From contig JAZDPV010000003.1 of NCBI GenBank assembly GCA_043797265.1, positions 1-37,556 on the forward strand: a DNA stretch of 37,556 nucleotides, given 5' to 3'. The position numbers and the translations under genes were made by a program. The notes beneath the pieces were generated by a model. That model had not been told where the DNA came from. It worked only from the letters and a program-made list of their open reading frames with translations, and searched no databases. The first letter of the stretch is position 1, and every line of letters begins with the position of its first letter. The DNA comes from an archaeon. Its GTDB lineage: Archaea > Nanobdellota > Nanobdellia > Pacearchaeales > GW2011-AR1. This document shows positions 17,598-27,933 of the stretch, piece after piece.

Positions 17598-18059
17598 CTA
17601 TATAAATTTACCTAATCCTTGTTTGGTTAAAATACGACGAAGACAATGGATGCCCCGAATTTTAATTTGCCTCACTCCCTCTCTTGTCATGCCCATCTCT
17701 TTTCTAATTTCTTCCAACGTTCTTCCTTCATAATAAATCTCCTTTATAACTTTCACCATTCTCTCTCCGCTAGAATTAGGTTGCCCATAAACAATCTTCC
17801 CTCGATTATCATAATCGATTTCCGTAAGAATCCCCAGCGCCCACCCAAGGTCCATACACCAATCCAAATCTTCAACACTCGGTCCCCCTCGAATACACGG
17901 TCCAATATCCAAAACATCTATCGACCTTTCCATGGCCTTCTGATTCTTTCCGCCAGAATACCGACGACCATTCAATAAATCAGACACTCGTACATAATGG
18001 CCCATCCCATCATATTCCTTTCCCCTCGCCCAATCATTTTTATTTCCAGCCTGTCTCAT
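17598..18059 (-). CDS. Protein with a C-terminal sigma70 region 4-like HTH
   Basis: RTLEEIRKEMGMTREGVRQIKIRGIHCLR closely parallels the sigma70 r4.2 consensus xTLEEVGxxFxVTRERIRQIExKALxKLR. Confidence 0.7.
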   Translation of the reverse strand: MRQAGNKNDWARGKEYDGMGHYVRVSDLLNGRRYSGGKNQKAMERSIDVLDIGPCIRGGPSVEDLDWCMDLGWALGILTEIDYDNRGKIVYGQPNSSGERMVKVIKEIYYEGRTLEEIRKEMGMTREGVRQIKIRGIHCLRRILTKQGLGKFI

Positions 18060-18242
18060 ATTACTACTCTATAATTACCTTTTTTAAATCTTTTGAACAA
18101 ACCCGCCCGTCACCACTCCAAAATTTCCTGTCACTTCTCTATAATTCTGTCCCTACTAATCATGGACGAATTCTCAGAGAAAGACTTAAAAGCAAATCAT
18201 CATTCCAATATATACATCGGAACATATAGTTCCAAAAACACA

Positions 18243-18509
18243 ATGGGAGACAACTTCGATTTATTTTTCAGGAGAAAACCAGCCATGATGCTGATAGCGC
18301 TAAAAAAAGTATCCCGCGCAAAATACGGTTCCCAGCTCGCGAAAGAAGTCGATTGCACCTATTCTCACGCCGTCAAAATTCTTCAAATCCTCGAAAAACT
18401 CGGGCTCGTCAGCTTCGAGAAAAAAGGCCGAATCAAAATAATCAAACTCACAAAGCGCGGAACCGAAGTCGCCGAACACATCGAAGCAATCCGAAAAACC
18501 GTCGATTAA
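18243..18509 (+). CDS. Winged-HTH (MarR/ArsR-like) DNA-binding protein
   Basis: SQLAKEVDCTYSHAVKILQILEKLGLVSFEKKGRIKIIKLTKRG. Confidence 0.85.
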   Translation: MGDNFDLFFRRKPAMMLIALKKVSRAKYGSQLAKEVDCTYSHAVKILQILEKLGLVSFEKKGRIKIIKLTKRGTEVAEHIEAIRKTVD

Positions 18510-18530
18510 TTCTAACAATCTAAAAACAAA

Positions 18531-18605
18531 TGGCCCCGACGGGATTTGAACCCGCGACACCCGGATTAAGAGTCCGGTGCTCTAACCAGGCTGAGCTACG
18601 GAGCC
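18531..18605 (-). tRNA. tRNA-Lys (CTT)
   Basis: Reverse complement GGCTCCGTAGCTCAGCCTGGTTAGAGCA-CCGGA-CTCTTAA-TCCGG-GTGTC-GCGGG-TTCAAAT-CCCGT-CGGGGCCA. Confidence 0.95.
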
Positions 18606-18758
18606 ATATGACAAAGCTCATGGCTGGTTTCACGAAATATCTCTTATGCTACTTTAACCAGACCGAGATACAAAGCCACACAAACTCAAGAGAGAATTTA
18701 ATTTAAAAAACTATCCAATCACACAAATTTTTATATACCAAAATTGCAAAATACCAAA

Positions 18759-19064
18759 ATGAGAAACTTACCATCGCAAGACAATCTTGACAGATTCAGA
18801 AAAACATTAGAACATTATAACATTATAGATTGGGAAACATTTTTTCACTTAGACACAGACCAAAGGGCTTCAGCAGAACAAGATCTTCAAAAATGCAATA
18901 TACTCTCCCAAAACCCAGAAGGACATTATGAAGTTCTCGTCGGCATAAGAAAAATAACACCAGCATCAGTAGCACCAAAATATTTCACAGCAAAAATCAC
19001 AGCAGAAGGCTTAAAAAATTTTTATGAATCTCGAAATCAGCAAGTAACAATAATCCGATATTAA
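18759..19064 (+). CDS. Hypothetical protein
   Basis: ~101-aa ORF with a TATA-like ttttatata upstream. Confidence 0.55.
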   Translation: MRNLPSQDNLDRFRKTLEHYNIIDWETFFHLDTDQRASAEQDLQKCNILSQNPEGHYEVLVGIRKITPASVAPKYFTAKITAEGLKNFYESRNQQVTIIRY

Positions 19065-19369
19065 TTATCTACACGAATTGTATTCTTACATTTAACGCAC
19101 TGATAAAATTTCGACTCCGCCTCGTCCCCCGCCCTCATCTGCCGAATCCAAAAATATGCCCTCTTGCTCCCGCACTTACGGCAAGGCCAATCGGTAATCG
19201 GATTAACATTCCCTTCTTTCTCGTCGACAACCACAACAGGCACCGCCTCATGCACTTTCTCAACCATCTTCATGTCAACTTTCCCCTTCGCAACATAACT
19301 ACATCGAGGACAACCCGCCCGCAACTTTTTCATCACAAGAAGTGCCCCGCATCTCGGACAAAATTCCAT
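19061..19369 (-). CDS. tfs: Transcription factor S (TFS/RpoM family)
   Basis: MEFCPRCG...CPRC and C-terminal ribbon CRKC...QMRAGDEAESKFYQCVKC with the acidic DE pair. Confidence 0.9.
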   Translation of the reverse strand: MEFCPRCGALLVMKKLRAGCPRCSYVAKGKVDMKMVEKVHEAVPVVVVDEKEGNVNPITDWPCRKCGSKRAYFWIRQMRAGDEAESKFYQCVKCKNTIRVDN

Positions 19370-19507
19370 TAGCAAAAATCGAAGATTTTTGATCCCGCGT
19401 TTTTCGACAGAAAAACAAGACAATCATATCCTCTATTCTCCATTTTATTTATAGCAAAAATCGAAGATTTTTGATCCCGCGTTTTTCGACAGAAAAACAA
19501 GACAATC
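19370..19507. repeat. Exact 56-bp direct repeat (19370-19425, 19452-19507), each copy carrying two hairpins
   Basis: tagcaaaaatcgaagatttttgatcccgcgtttttcgacagaaaaacaagacaatc occurs twice. Confidence 0.92.
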
Positions 19508-19568
19508 TAAAAATCCTGTCTCCAATTTTAATTTCCATCGACTACCCAGTATCAACTTCTATTTAAAA

Positions 19569-20270
19569 TTAACTACAAAATCCCCTCGCTCGAACATCCC
19601 GCCCAAACTCAAAAAAAATCAATTTAATCCACCCGACAAACGGCACACGAAACAACGCTTTCCCAACAACCTGCTCCCCGCCAATCATTTTCTCAGAACT
19701 CAACTGATTAGAATTCGTCTTGTAATTATCTCCCTTCGTCGCATAATAATCCCCCACTTCAACAACCCGATGAATTATCGGATAAGTGCTCCCCCCATTA
19801 AAAACAATCACATCCCCAATCTCAATATCCCCAGCACCGACGACAAAAATCACATCACCCTTGTTAAACCCATCCTGAAAAATCCAATCACCACTATCAC
19901 TCAGCGAAATCCCATCGTCCGCATAAACATCACTCGCTTCAAAAATCTTTTCAAACCCATTCTCATAATGATGCATCGAACAACTCTCAACAATCACCAA
20001 CGGCAACGGCGTCCCAGTCAAAAAAGACAGCGTCGGAAAAAACAAAAATTTAATAACAATAATTGCCAAAACCAAAGTCACAAAAAGCGACGCCCAGCTA
20101 TCTTTTTTCAAAAATTTATAAATTCTTTTCCAAGTTCTTCCCACTTTCGACAAAGAAAATTTCGGAAGTGGCAACACGGGAAGTTCCAGATGCCCCTTAT
20201 TTAAATCTCTCAAACTTTTCTCAACTTCTTTCTTCGGAAAATTATATGCATCACCCAATTTATCAACCAT
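19569..20270 (-). CDS. Signal peptidase I, Sec11/S26B type
   Basis: TM helix, VESCSM (catalytic Ser box), GDVIVF, IIHRVV, TKGDN. Confidence 0.88.
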   Translation of the reverse strand: MVDKLGDAYNFPKKEVEKSLRDLNKGHLELPVLPLPKFSLSKVGRTWKRIYKFLKKDSWASLFVTLVLAIIVIKFLFFPTLSFLTGTPLPLVIVESCSMHHYENGFEKIFEASDVYADDGISLSDSGDWIFQDGFNKGDVIFVVGAGDIEIGDVIVFNGGSTYPIIHRVVEVGDYYATKGDNYKTNSNQLSSEKMIGGEQVVGKALFRVPFVGWIKLIFFEFGRDVRARGFCS

Positions 20271-20344
20271 TCACCATCCAGCCAAAAACCATTTATAATC
20301 CTTCCCACCAAAACTTTTATAAAGTATACACACACAGTATACAC

Positions 20345-20683
20345 ATGACAGATATATTCGAAAACACAATCCTCTGCAAGAACTGCAACAAAAAAATGGA
20401 ACCAGCGACGATAGACAGAAATGGATTTCATCTCCGGGCAATCAGATGCGAAAAATGCAAGAACCAAATAATTCACCCAGAAGATTTAAAAGAATTCGGA
20501 GATTTTCAAACCCTCAAGAAAAAAAATTTCAAAGTCAAGTTAAGATACATCGGAAATTCATACGCAGTTTCAATCCCTCGCGAAATCATCGACTTCATGA
20601 ACGAACAAGAAAAACAAATGAACGAAATGGTAAATATGTGTATGGAGGACGTCGGAAGACTTTCCCTTAATTTCAAATGGTAG
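20345..20683 (+). CDS. Zinc-ribbon plus AbrB/SpoVT-like DNA-binding protein
   Basis: CKNC...CEKC and KLRYIGNSYAVSIPREI; overlaps the CDC48 start. Confidence 0.75.
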   Translation: MTDIFENTILCKNCNKKMEPATIDRNGFHLRAIRCEKCKNQIIHPEDLKEFGDFQTLKKKNFKVKLRYIGNSYAVSIPREIIDFMNEQEKQMNEMVNMCMEDVGRLSLNFKW

Positions 20684-22980
20684 GCAAAAAAGAATTAAAA
20701 GAAATTGTTAAGCTCAGAGTAGTCGAAGCGCTGCAAGACGACGCCTACAAAGGAGTCGTAAGAATTGACCCAACTCTAATGCGAAAACTCAATCTCGAAA
20801 GAGGCGACATTATTTCCATCAAGGGCGACCGGGAAACACACTCAATCGTCGACGTCGCATATCCAGCCGACAGAGGCGAAGACATAATCCGGATGGACGG
20901 AATCGCACGAAAAAATTCCAAGACGGGAATTGGAGAACAAGTTGAAATTAAAAAAGATGAAATCAAAGAGGCAAAAAAAATCACAATCGCACCGGCGCAA
21001 AAAGGAATTATGGTCCAAGGCGACCCAGACAATTTCAAGCGAGGGCTCCTCGGCAAACCGGTAACAAAAGGAGACATAGTTGTAATGGGCGGAGCCCAGC
21101 AACGAAAAGATTTAATGTCAGAAGAATTCGGAGATTTATTCGGGGACTTCTTCGGACAAATGGGATTCGGCGGAATGCCGGGCGGACTAACTCAAATCAG
21201 ATTTGCAATCGTCTCGACAAATCCAAACCAGCCAGTCATAATCACAGAGAATACAGAAATAACATTATCCCCAAAAGCCGTCGAAATCTCAGAGGAATCA
21301 ATACCACAAATAACTTACGAAGACATCGGCGGACTAACAGACGAAGTCAAAAAAGTTCGGGAGATGGTAGAGCTCCCATTAAAACGTCCGGAAATTTTTT
21401 CCCGTCTTGGAATCGAGCCCCCAAAAGGAGTTCTCCTTTACGGCCCCCCGGGAACCGGCAAAACATTATTGGCAAAAGCCGTCGCCAACGAATCCGAAGC
21501 GCATTTCATTTTGTTAAACGGCCCAGAAGTCATGTCTAAATTTTACGGCGAATCAGAAAAGAAAGTAAGAGAAATTTTCGACGAAGCAGAAAAAAACGCA
21601 CCGGCAATTATTTTCATCGACGAGATAGACTCACTCGCTCCAAAACGAGAAGACATCGGCGGCGAAGTCGAACGGAGAGTTGTCTCACAGTTACTAACAA
21701 TGATGGACGGACTAAAATCTCGAGGAAAAGTTGTAGTCATCGGCGCGACAAATCGGCCAAACGCACTTGACCCAGCACTAAGACGACCAGGCAGATTCGA
21801 CCGCGAAGTCGAAATCTCCGTCCCGGACAAAGAGGGCAGACTGTCAATTTTGAAAATTCACACACGAGGAATGCCTCTGACAAAATCTGTGAAACTCGAA
21901 GAACTCGCGCGGAAAACGCACGGATTCGTCGGCGCCGACATCAACTCCCTCGCGAAAGAAGCCGCAATGACTGTCCTCCGAAGAAACATCCACAAGTTCA
22001 ATCTCGAAGAAGACAAAGAAATTCCGCAGGAAACCCTAAATGAATTAAGGGTCTCACAAAAAGATTTCGACGAAGCCCTGAAAATCGTTCGGCCTTCAGC
22101 GATGCGTGAAGTTCTCGTTGAAACACCGACGACAAGATGGAACGACATCGGCGGAATCGAAAATGTAAAACGAGATTTAAGGGAAGCAGTCGAATGGCCG
22201 CTCAAGTTCCCGGACTCATTTACACGAATGGGAATCAGGCCCCCAAAAGGAGTTCTCCTTTACGGCCCCCCGGGAACCGGCAAAACATTATTGGCAAAAG
22301 CCGTCGCCAACGAATCCGAAGCAAACTTCATCCAAATCAAGGGCCCAAGTTTGTTAAGTATGTGGGTCGGAAAATCCGAAGAAGGAGTCCGAAAAATTTT
22401 CGAACGGGCACGACAAGTTTCACCATGCATCATCTTCTTCGACGAAATAGATTCATTAGCCGGTAAGCGAGGGGAAGCATACTCAAGTGGCTCAAGAGTT
22501 ACAGAAAATGTTTTGAACCAGCTATTAGCAGAAATGGACGGAATTGAAGATTTAACAAATGTTATCGTCATCGGCGCGACAAATCGGCCAGACATTCTCG
22601 ACCCTGCCTTAATGCGACCCGGCCGATTCGACAGAATTGTCTACGTCCCCGTTCCAGACAAAGTCGGAAGATTGCAAATCATGAAAATCCATACAAAAAA
22701 TATGCCCCTCGACAAATCAGTAGACCTCAACAAACTCGCCGACGAAACCGATGGATACACCGGCGCCGACATCGAATCCCTAGCGCGTGAAGCTGCAATG
22801 CTCGCACTCCGCGAAGACATCGACACAAAAAAAGTCACGAAAAAACATTTCGAACAAGCAATGGAAAAAGTCCAACCATCGGTCACTAAAAACGACCAGC
22901 AACGATACAGGCAAGTCGAATCAAAATATCTCAAGTCAGCAAAAGCCGCACTCTCCGACGGCGCCACATACGCTAATTAA
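20677..22980 (+). CDS. cdc48: CDC48/VAT family AAA+ ATPase
   Basis: N-domain plus two AAA modules (GPPGTGKT twice, IIFIDE/IIFFDE, RPGRFDR). Confidence 0.96.
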   Translation: MVGKKELKEIVKLRVVEALQDDAYKGVVRIDPTLMRKLNLERGDIISIKGDRETHSIVDVAYPADRGEDIIRMDGIARKNSKTGIGEQVEIKKDEIKEAKKITIAPAQKGIMVQGDPDNFKRGLLGKPVTKGDIVVMGGAQQRKDLMSEEFGDLFGDFFGQMGFGGMPGGLTQIRFAIVSTNPNQPVIITENTEITLSPKAVEISEESIPQITYEDIGGLTDEVKKVREMVELPLKRPEIFSRLGIEPPKGVLLYGPPGTGKTLLAKAVANESEAHFILLNGPEVMSKFYGESEKKVREIFDEAEKNAPAIIFIDEIDSLAPKREDIGGEVERRVVSQLLTMMDGLKSRGKVVVIGATNRPNALDPALRRPGRFDREVEISVPDKEGRLSILKIHTRGMPLTKSVKLEELARKTHGFVGADINSLAKEAAMTVLRRNIHKFNLEEDKEIPQETLNELRVSQKDFDEALKIVRPSAMREVLVETPTTRWNDIGGIENVKRDLREAVEWPLKFPDSFTRMGIRPPKGVLLYGPPGTGKTLLAKAVANESEANFIQIKGPSLLSMWVGKSEEGVRKIFERARQVSPCIIFFDEIDSLAGKRGEAYSSGSRVTENVLNQLLAEMDGIEDLTNVIVIGATNRPDILDPALMRPGRFDRIVYVPVPDKVGRLQIMKIHTKNMPLDKSVDLNKLADETDGYTGADIESLAREAAMLALREDIDTKKVTKKHFEQAMEKVQPSVTKNDQQRYRQVESKYLKSAKAALSDGATYAN

Positions 22981-23004
22981 TTATGCAAACAATTTTTCTA
23001 TCCC

Positions 23005-23310
23005 TCACAAAAAAACAATCTTCTTATAATCCCAAGGAAGATCTCTTTCACCAACTTTCTCATAAAAACTTAATTGCTCCAAAGAAATGCGCCTTCTATG
23101 CTCAAAACATTTCCAATCACCAAATTGTTTCTTAATCACAGCCGCTAAAAGAGAATCCCTTATCTCCTCGACATGATCCCTCACCGGTCCCTTAACATAA
23201 AGATAATGCTCAGTAGAAACTAAAATTCTATTCTCTGGATGAGAATTTTCTTTCGGACGATAATAACCAACCTTAACAGATTTCAACGCCCTCGAAAATT
23301 TCACCATCAC
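23005..23310 (-). CDS. Hypothetical protein
   Basis: 101-aa ORF whose start overlaps the map stop. Confidence 0.55.
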   Translation of the reverse strand: MMVKFSRALKSVKVGYYRPKENSHPENRILVSTEHYLYVKGPVRDHVEEIRDSLLAAVIKKQFGDWKCFEHRRRISLEQLSFYEKVGERDLPWDYKKIVFL

Positions 23311-24269
23311 TTCTCATCCCCCGTCGTGCAGACAACTTTCCCGTCGCTGACAACAAATGTATTCTCAAACTGGCTAACCGGCGCCCGGCTCTTTTCAATC
23401 AACATCGGATACTCGTGCAAAATCCCCTGCCGAACCATCATCCCCAAAATAAATTTCAACTTCGCAATACTTAAATTCTCAAAGTTCTTAACTAAGAATC
23501 GAAGACAAAATGGCCGCCCCTGATATTTTTCTCTAACAAATTTCAAAACCTCGCGCGCATCCCTATCCCGAACATTCTCATCGCTCTGCAAAACATAAAT
23601 CCCGCCGACCGGCCCCTCATAAATATCTCCAACCCCCGTCGTCACAAACGGCTCAATCGCAAACGTCATATCATCAACCACCCGCCGGCTATCATTCCTA
23701 TAATTCGAAAACGTCAACCCCGCATGAATACTATTCTTCCCCAACTCGTGCCCCGACAAGCTTTTGATAATCGAAAACTTTTTTGTCCCCCTATTTTCTA
23801 TTCCCAATTCTCTATTCTCTCGCGAAGCGTTCCATTTCTCCAAAACATCTTGCGCCGCATCCCCAACATCTTTAACCATCATCCCCGACTTAATAATTTT
23901 ACTAATCTCATAAAGAATTTTCTCATTCAGAGAAATCATTTCTGTAAACTCATTATTTTTCGTTAAGTCAACACTAAAAGCCGTGTCCGCGATAAACCCA
24001 TCAACAGCGACGCCAATATCAACCTTCAAAATCCCCTCGGCAACCTTCTCATCACCAGGTGTCGGAGTATAATGCGCCGCAATTTCATTCAAGCTCAAAT
24101 TAACCGGAAACGCCGCCTCCCCGCCAAGCTCGACAATTTTCGCATCAACAGCGTCGGCAATATCAATCAACTTCACCCCCGGCTTAATCATCCCCCGAGC
24201 AAACTCCTTGACTTCCTTCGCAATCCCCCCCGCTTTCACATAACTTTCAATCTCAGATTTTTTCATCAC
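23307..24269 (-). CDS. map: Methionine aminopeptidase type II
   Basis: AFPVNLSLNEIAAHYTP, KVDIGVAVDGFIADTA, LSGH, FAIEPF, VSQFENT. Confidence 0.93.
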   Translation of the reverse strand: MMKKSEIESYVKAGGIAKEVKEFARGMIKPGVKLIDIADAVDAKIVELGGEAAFPVNLSLNEIAAHYTPTPGDEKVAEGILKVDIGVAVDGFIADTAFSVDLTKNNEFTEMISLNEKILYEISKIIKSGMMVKDVGDAAQDVLEKWNASRENRELGIENRGTKKFSIIKSLSGHELGKNSIHAGLTFSNYRNDSRRVVDDMTFAIEPFVTTGVGDIYEGPVGGIYVLQSDENVRDRDAREVLKFVREKYQGRPFCLRFLVKNFENLSIAKLKFILGMMVRQGILHEYPMLIEKSRAPVSQFENTFVVSDGKVVCTTGDEK

Positions 24270-24958
24270 GCCAACTCAACCTCATGTTTTACCAACATAT
24301 CATAAATATATCTAACAACCCCTTCATTTCTTTTCCTAAATGCCGCGGCTTTCTTTTTTAATCTGTCTTCATCAGGCAAAAAATAAGCAACATTAATGGC
24401 ACCGGTTCTTCTGGTTCGTGGAACAAAAACTAACTCCCCACCCTCGCTCTTAATTTCAAACCCATCCCCCCAATTTAACGCAACGTTAAGCCGCCAATTT
24501 TCCCTCAAAGAATTACCAAGCAAATACCTCGAAGGAAATCTCTTCATAAATTTTTCATTAGCATAAACAACATTCCCGCCACTATAAACCATAACAGGAA
24601 CTCTCTTTGTTTTTTCCCCTTCGCAAACAGTCTCGGCAACATAACTAAAATACATTTCTCTCAATCTCTTAACTTCTTCGCCAAGTTTTTCAACATCGCA
24701 AAATCGCTCTCTTCCCACCCTAATCAAAGCCTTATTAATTCCAAGCTTCTTTAAACTTCCCGAATCCAAAGGAGAAATCCTTCCGGTAAGAATAGTTGCC
24801 AAATAATTCATCCTCATTCCATGGACTGCTTTTGCCTCTCTCACCACCCTCGCCAAATCCCTCCTCGCGTTTTCCTCCCTCGCTTCCATTTCCAAAATCT
24901 CTCGCTCCGCTCCCGAAACTCTCATAAAATAATCTCGCAACGCTTCCTTAATTTTCAT
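24266..24958 (-). CDS. Hypothetical protein (N-terminal coiled coil)
   Basis: 230-aa ORF whose stop overlaps the map start. Confidence 0.6.
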   Translation of the reverse strand: MKIKEALRDYFMRVSGAEREILEMEAREENARRDLARVVREAKAVHGMRMNYLATILTGRISPLDSGSLKKLGINKALIRVGRERFCDVEKLGEEVKRLREMYFSYVAETVCEGEKTKRVPVMVYSGGNVVYANEKFMKRFPSRYLLGNSLRENWRLNVALNWGDGFEIKSEGGELVFVPRTRRTGAINVAYFLPDEDRLKKKAAAFRKRNEGVVRYIYDMLVKHEVELA

Positions 24959-25052
24959 AAAAATTCAACAAATCCAACATTTTTATTCTTTCCTATACGA
25001 CATTATCTTCACCCGATCATTTTCTTTATTATACTTTTCATCACACACTAAT

Positions 25053-25418
25053 TCAAGTCCCATCTTTCACTCTTACCAAATATCCTTCGGAGAAGCTTTC
25101 CGCCTTTTTCTCTAAATATCCAATTGCCGCATCACGAAATTCTCTTCTTATGTCCCCATCATTAGTTTTTTTTGTGACACTCAACAATTTTCTTGTTGTC
25201 GTCGAGCTTGTCGCAGCATCACCACGACGATATTCAGTTACAGTCAAAGCTGCTCCATTATTAAGTTCAGTTACCTCATATTCGAAACAAGGACGTTCAC
25301 GAATTAATATTTTTAGAAGGTCGGGATCACTTGTTTCAACACCCGTCCAAAAACGACCATCACAACTATAAAGAACATAAAGTATATTAATAGGACCCAT
25401 AAATTTTTCCATCCTCAT
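25053..25418 (-). CDS. Hypothetical protein
   Basis: 121-aa ORF with a TATA-like sequence upstream. Confidence 0.55.
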   Translation of the reverse strand: MRMEKFMGPINILYVLYSCDGRFWTGVETSDPDLLKILIRERPCFEYEVTELNNGAALTVTEYRRGDAATSSTTTRKLLSVTKKTNDGDIRREFRDAAIGYLEKKAESFSEGYLVRVKDGT

Positions 25419-25475
25419 AGGTTTAAATAAATATATATGATTAAATGTATATTTCCCAATCTTCTTTATATTCTC

Positions 25476-27884
25476 TCAAAACAACTTCTTCTGCTCGCTC
25501 CCCTCAACAACCGCCCGAACATCAACCCCAAAAACCTCAAAAATATTCTCAACCGACGGCAAAACCTGATTATTCAAATAATAATCCACATCATACCCAA
25601 CTTTGTCCCCAGCCAAACAAACTTTATCTCCAATCTTCCCTCTGCTTCCCGACTTCTTCCCCCTACCGCCTACCCCCCCTTCCCCAATAAAATATTCAAT
25701 CAACATCCCGCTCGAAATAGAAACTCCCGCCGCCTCCATCTTCTTCGCGGCAACGACATGCGGTCCTTCGGCAACATACTCCCCCAATGGCCGTCGCAAC
25801 TGCGTCCGAATCATCAACTCATCCATCCCAACCTTCCGCCCCCTCAAATCATCCACAACTTTCTCCAAAACTTTCAATGCCCGCTTCTCGTCCCCGTCTT
25901 CCAAAATCCTCGACAAAACCTCGCTCTGCAAATTCCGAGTCAATCGGCACCAATCACGGCGCACCGTCTCAAACCCACGAATCTTTATCTTCCCCCTCTC
26001 ATCAACCAACGCATACTTTTTTTTTGCCCCGCCAACCCCACCCCGCTTCAAAACAAACAAGCCCCTCCGATAAAAGTCCTCCAAATCCAATTCCATAATC
26101 CCGGGCAAACTTTCATTAATCTCACCCAAAAATTTCAAAATATCTTTTTTGGTTTTATCGCCCTGCAAAAACGCAATCGAGTCAGTATCCGAGTATACGA
26201 TGGTATACCCAGCCTTTTTAATTTTCTCAATCGCACTCAAAATATTTTCTTTCGCCAATCGAGCAGTAGCCGCCGCCGCCTCACGACAATAATATCTCGC
26301 CCCGAAAAATCCCTGATAACCATAAGCCGCATTCGCCAGCAACTTGTAAGCATTAGACCTCGCCCTCAACATTCCCGTCGGATTCTTCGCCAATTCTTTT
26401 TTATATTTTTTTCTTCTGCTAATAATATCTTCAAGCATCTCAGCGAAAAATCCCTTTTTCTTTTCAAACTTATTACCCTCAATCAAAGTCGCCTTCGACA
26501 AATTATAAGAAACAATAACCGACGCATACATCGACGTGAAATCAAACATCACCAAATTCTCATAAAGCCCCGGCTTCGGCTCAAAAACAAACGCCCCCTC
26601 ATACTTTTCCATCGCCCGCCTCTCGCCAATTTCATCATACATCGGCCGCTTCTCCACAATCTCCCCAAATCTGTCAAGATTATGCAAAATATAATTCTCA
26701 ACATGCGTCGCCATCCGGTCCCGCGTCACATCAAACAACGGCTCCCTCATAATCCGACCAAACTCCAAAATATCAGGCCAAACTTTCTCCATCAACTTGT
26801 AAGTCACAACCGAATCCTGCAAATTATAAGAAAATAAATCATGCCAATCCGAATTCTTCATGTTGCCCAACCTGCTAAAATCAAAATCTTCTTTCTCCTC
26901 CCCGGCCAACTCTTTCGCAACTTCATTCAACGACAATGTCTCACTTTGCAAATATTGCGAAAAAACAGCGTCGACAAAACGATACAAGTCAATATGAACA
27001 ATCCCCGCAATCCTGCCGGACGGAATCCGCCCCCGACTAAACAACGGACCACGCCCGTCAACCCCCAGCCCAAACTCAACACCATTCTTGTCAGCCGCCA
27101 TCTTCAAATAAGGCAAATCAAAACCATCCGAAAAATAACCAGTCAAAATATCCGGCCCATAATTATTAACACACTCGACAAATCTCTCAATCATCTTCCC
27201 CTCGCTCTCGCAAAACTCGACATAATCAGGCGCATCCTTGCACTTCTTCCAAGTCAAAACTTTCTTAATCCCGTCGCCATAAAGCGACACCATCAAAACA
27301 TCCCCCTTCCCGATTTCCCTGTCATTCGTCTCAATATCATAAGCCAAAACCTTCGGCACAAAATCCTTCTCGTCTTTTATCGGCTCAATCTTCTCAGCCA
27401 AATAACACACAATCTTATCTGAAATCTGAAATCTGAAATCTGAAATCTGCCCCGAGACACGATAGCATCGAAGGGGCTCAACCCCGCTCTCTTTAATATA
27501 CTTCGTCACCAACGGAATATCATATTCTCTCCGTTTATCAACCCCATCCAAATCTCCAATCGCCGACGCGACATCATGCGCATCCTTATGATTCGTCACA
27601 AAAACCCGAACGGCCTTGACACTCTTCCCCAAAAATTTCTTGTCCAAAACTTCCGTCCGCAAAACCCTCGTCACCCTCCCCGCTCTCTCAACTTTGATTC
27701 CCTCAATTTTCTTAACAATCTTTTTCACATCCGCCCCCTTCTTCAACACAACATAAAAATTCGCATCGTGAAAATCAACAACACAAACCCTCTTCCCGTC
27801 GCCGTCCCGCCCAATCATCCGCACATAATTCCGCCCTTCAAAATCAAAACAATCATAATCCACCGGCACAAATTCAAACTCCAT
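25476..27884 (-). CDS. polB: Family B DNA polymerase
   Basis: Exo motifs YDIET, FDLPYL, YNLQDS; polymerase motifs DFTSMYAS, KLLANAAYGY, YSDTDS, KKKYA, RGFETVRRDW. Confidence 0.95.
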   Translation of the reverse strand: MEFEFVPVDYDCFDFEGRNYVRMIGRDGDGKRVCVVDFHDANFYVVLKKGADVKKIVKKIEGIKVERAGRVTRVLRTEVLDKKFLGKSVKAVRVFVTNHKDAHDVASAIGDLDGVDKRREYDIPLVTKYIKESGVEPLRCYRVSGQISDFRFQISDKIVCYLAEKIEPIKDEKDFVPKVLAYDIETNDREIGKGDVLMVSLYGDGIKKVLTWKKCKDAPDYVEFCESEGKMIERFVECVNNYGPDILTGYFSDGFDLPYLKMAADKNGVEFGLGVDGRGPLFSRGRIPSGRIAGIVHIDLYRFVDAVFSQYLQSETLSLNEVAKELAGEEKEDFDFSRLGNMKNSDWHDLFSYNLQDSVVTYKLMEKVWPDILEFGRIMREPLFDVTRDRMATHVENYILHNLDRFGEIVEKRPMYDEIGERRAMEKYEGAFVFEPKPGLYENLVMFDFTSMYASVIVSYNLSKATLIEGNKFEKKKGFFAEMLEDIISRRKKYKKELAKNPTGMLRARSNAYKLLANAAYGYQGFFGARYYCREAAAATARLAKENILSAIEKIKKAGYTIVYSDTDSIAFLQGDKTKKDILKFLGEINESLPGIMELDLEDFYRRGLFVLKRGGVGGAKKKYALVDERGKIKIRGFETVRRDWCRLTRNLQSEVLSRILEDGDEKRALKVLEKVVDDLRGRKVGMDELMIRTQLRRPLGEYVAEGPHVVAAKKMEAAGVSISSGMLIEYFIGEGGVGGRGKKSGSRGKIGDKVCLAGDKVGYDVDYYLNNQVLPSVENIFEVFGVDVRAVVEGSEQKKLF

Positions 27885-27933
27885 TCATAAACAAATTCAA
27901 TTAACTTTAAATATCCTATGAACACCAAAAATT

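Noticed and set aside
18219-18233. ggaac-atata-gttcc palindrome before the wHTH gene as an operator
   Set aside because: Plausible but only 5-bp arms and a single occurrence; too weak to call.
25437-27890. Long plus-strand ORFs (e.g. 25437-26837, 466 aa)
   Set aside because: Antisense shadows of polB caused by the C/A-rich plus strand; the same applies to 11822-12697, 16715-17560 and 32421-33113.
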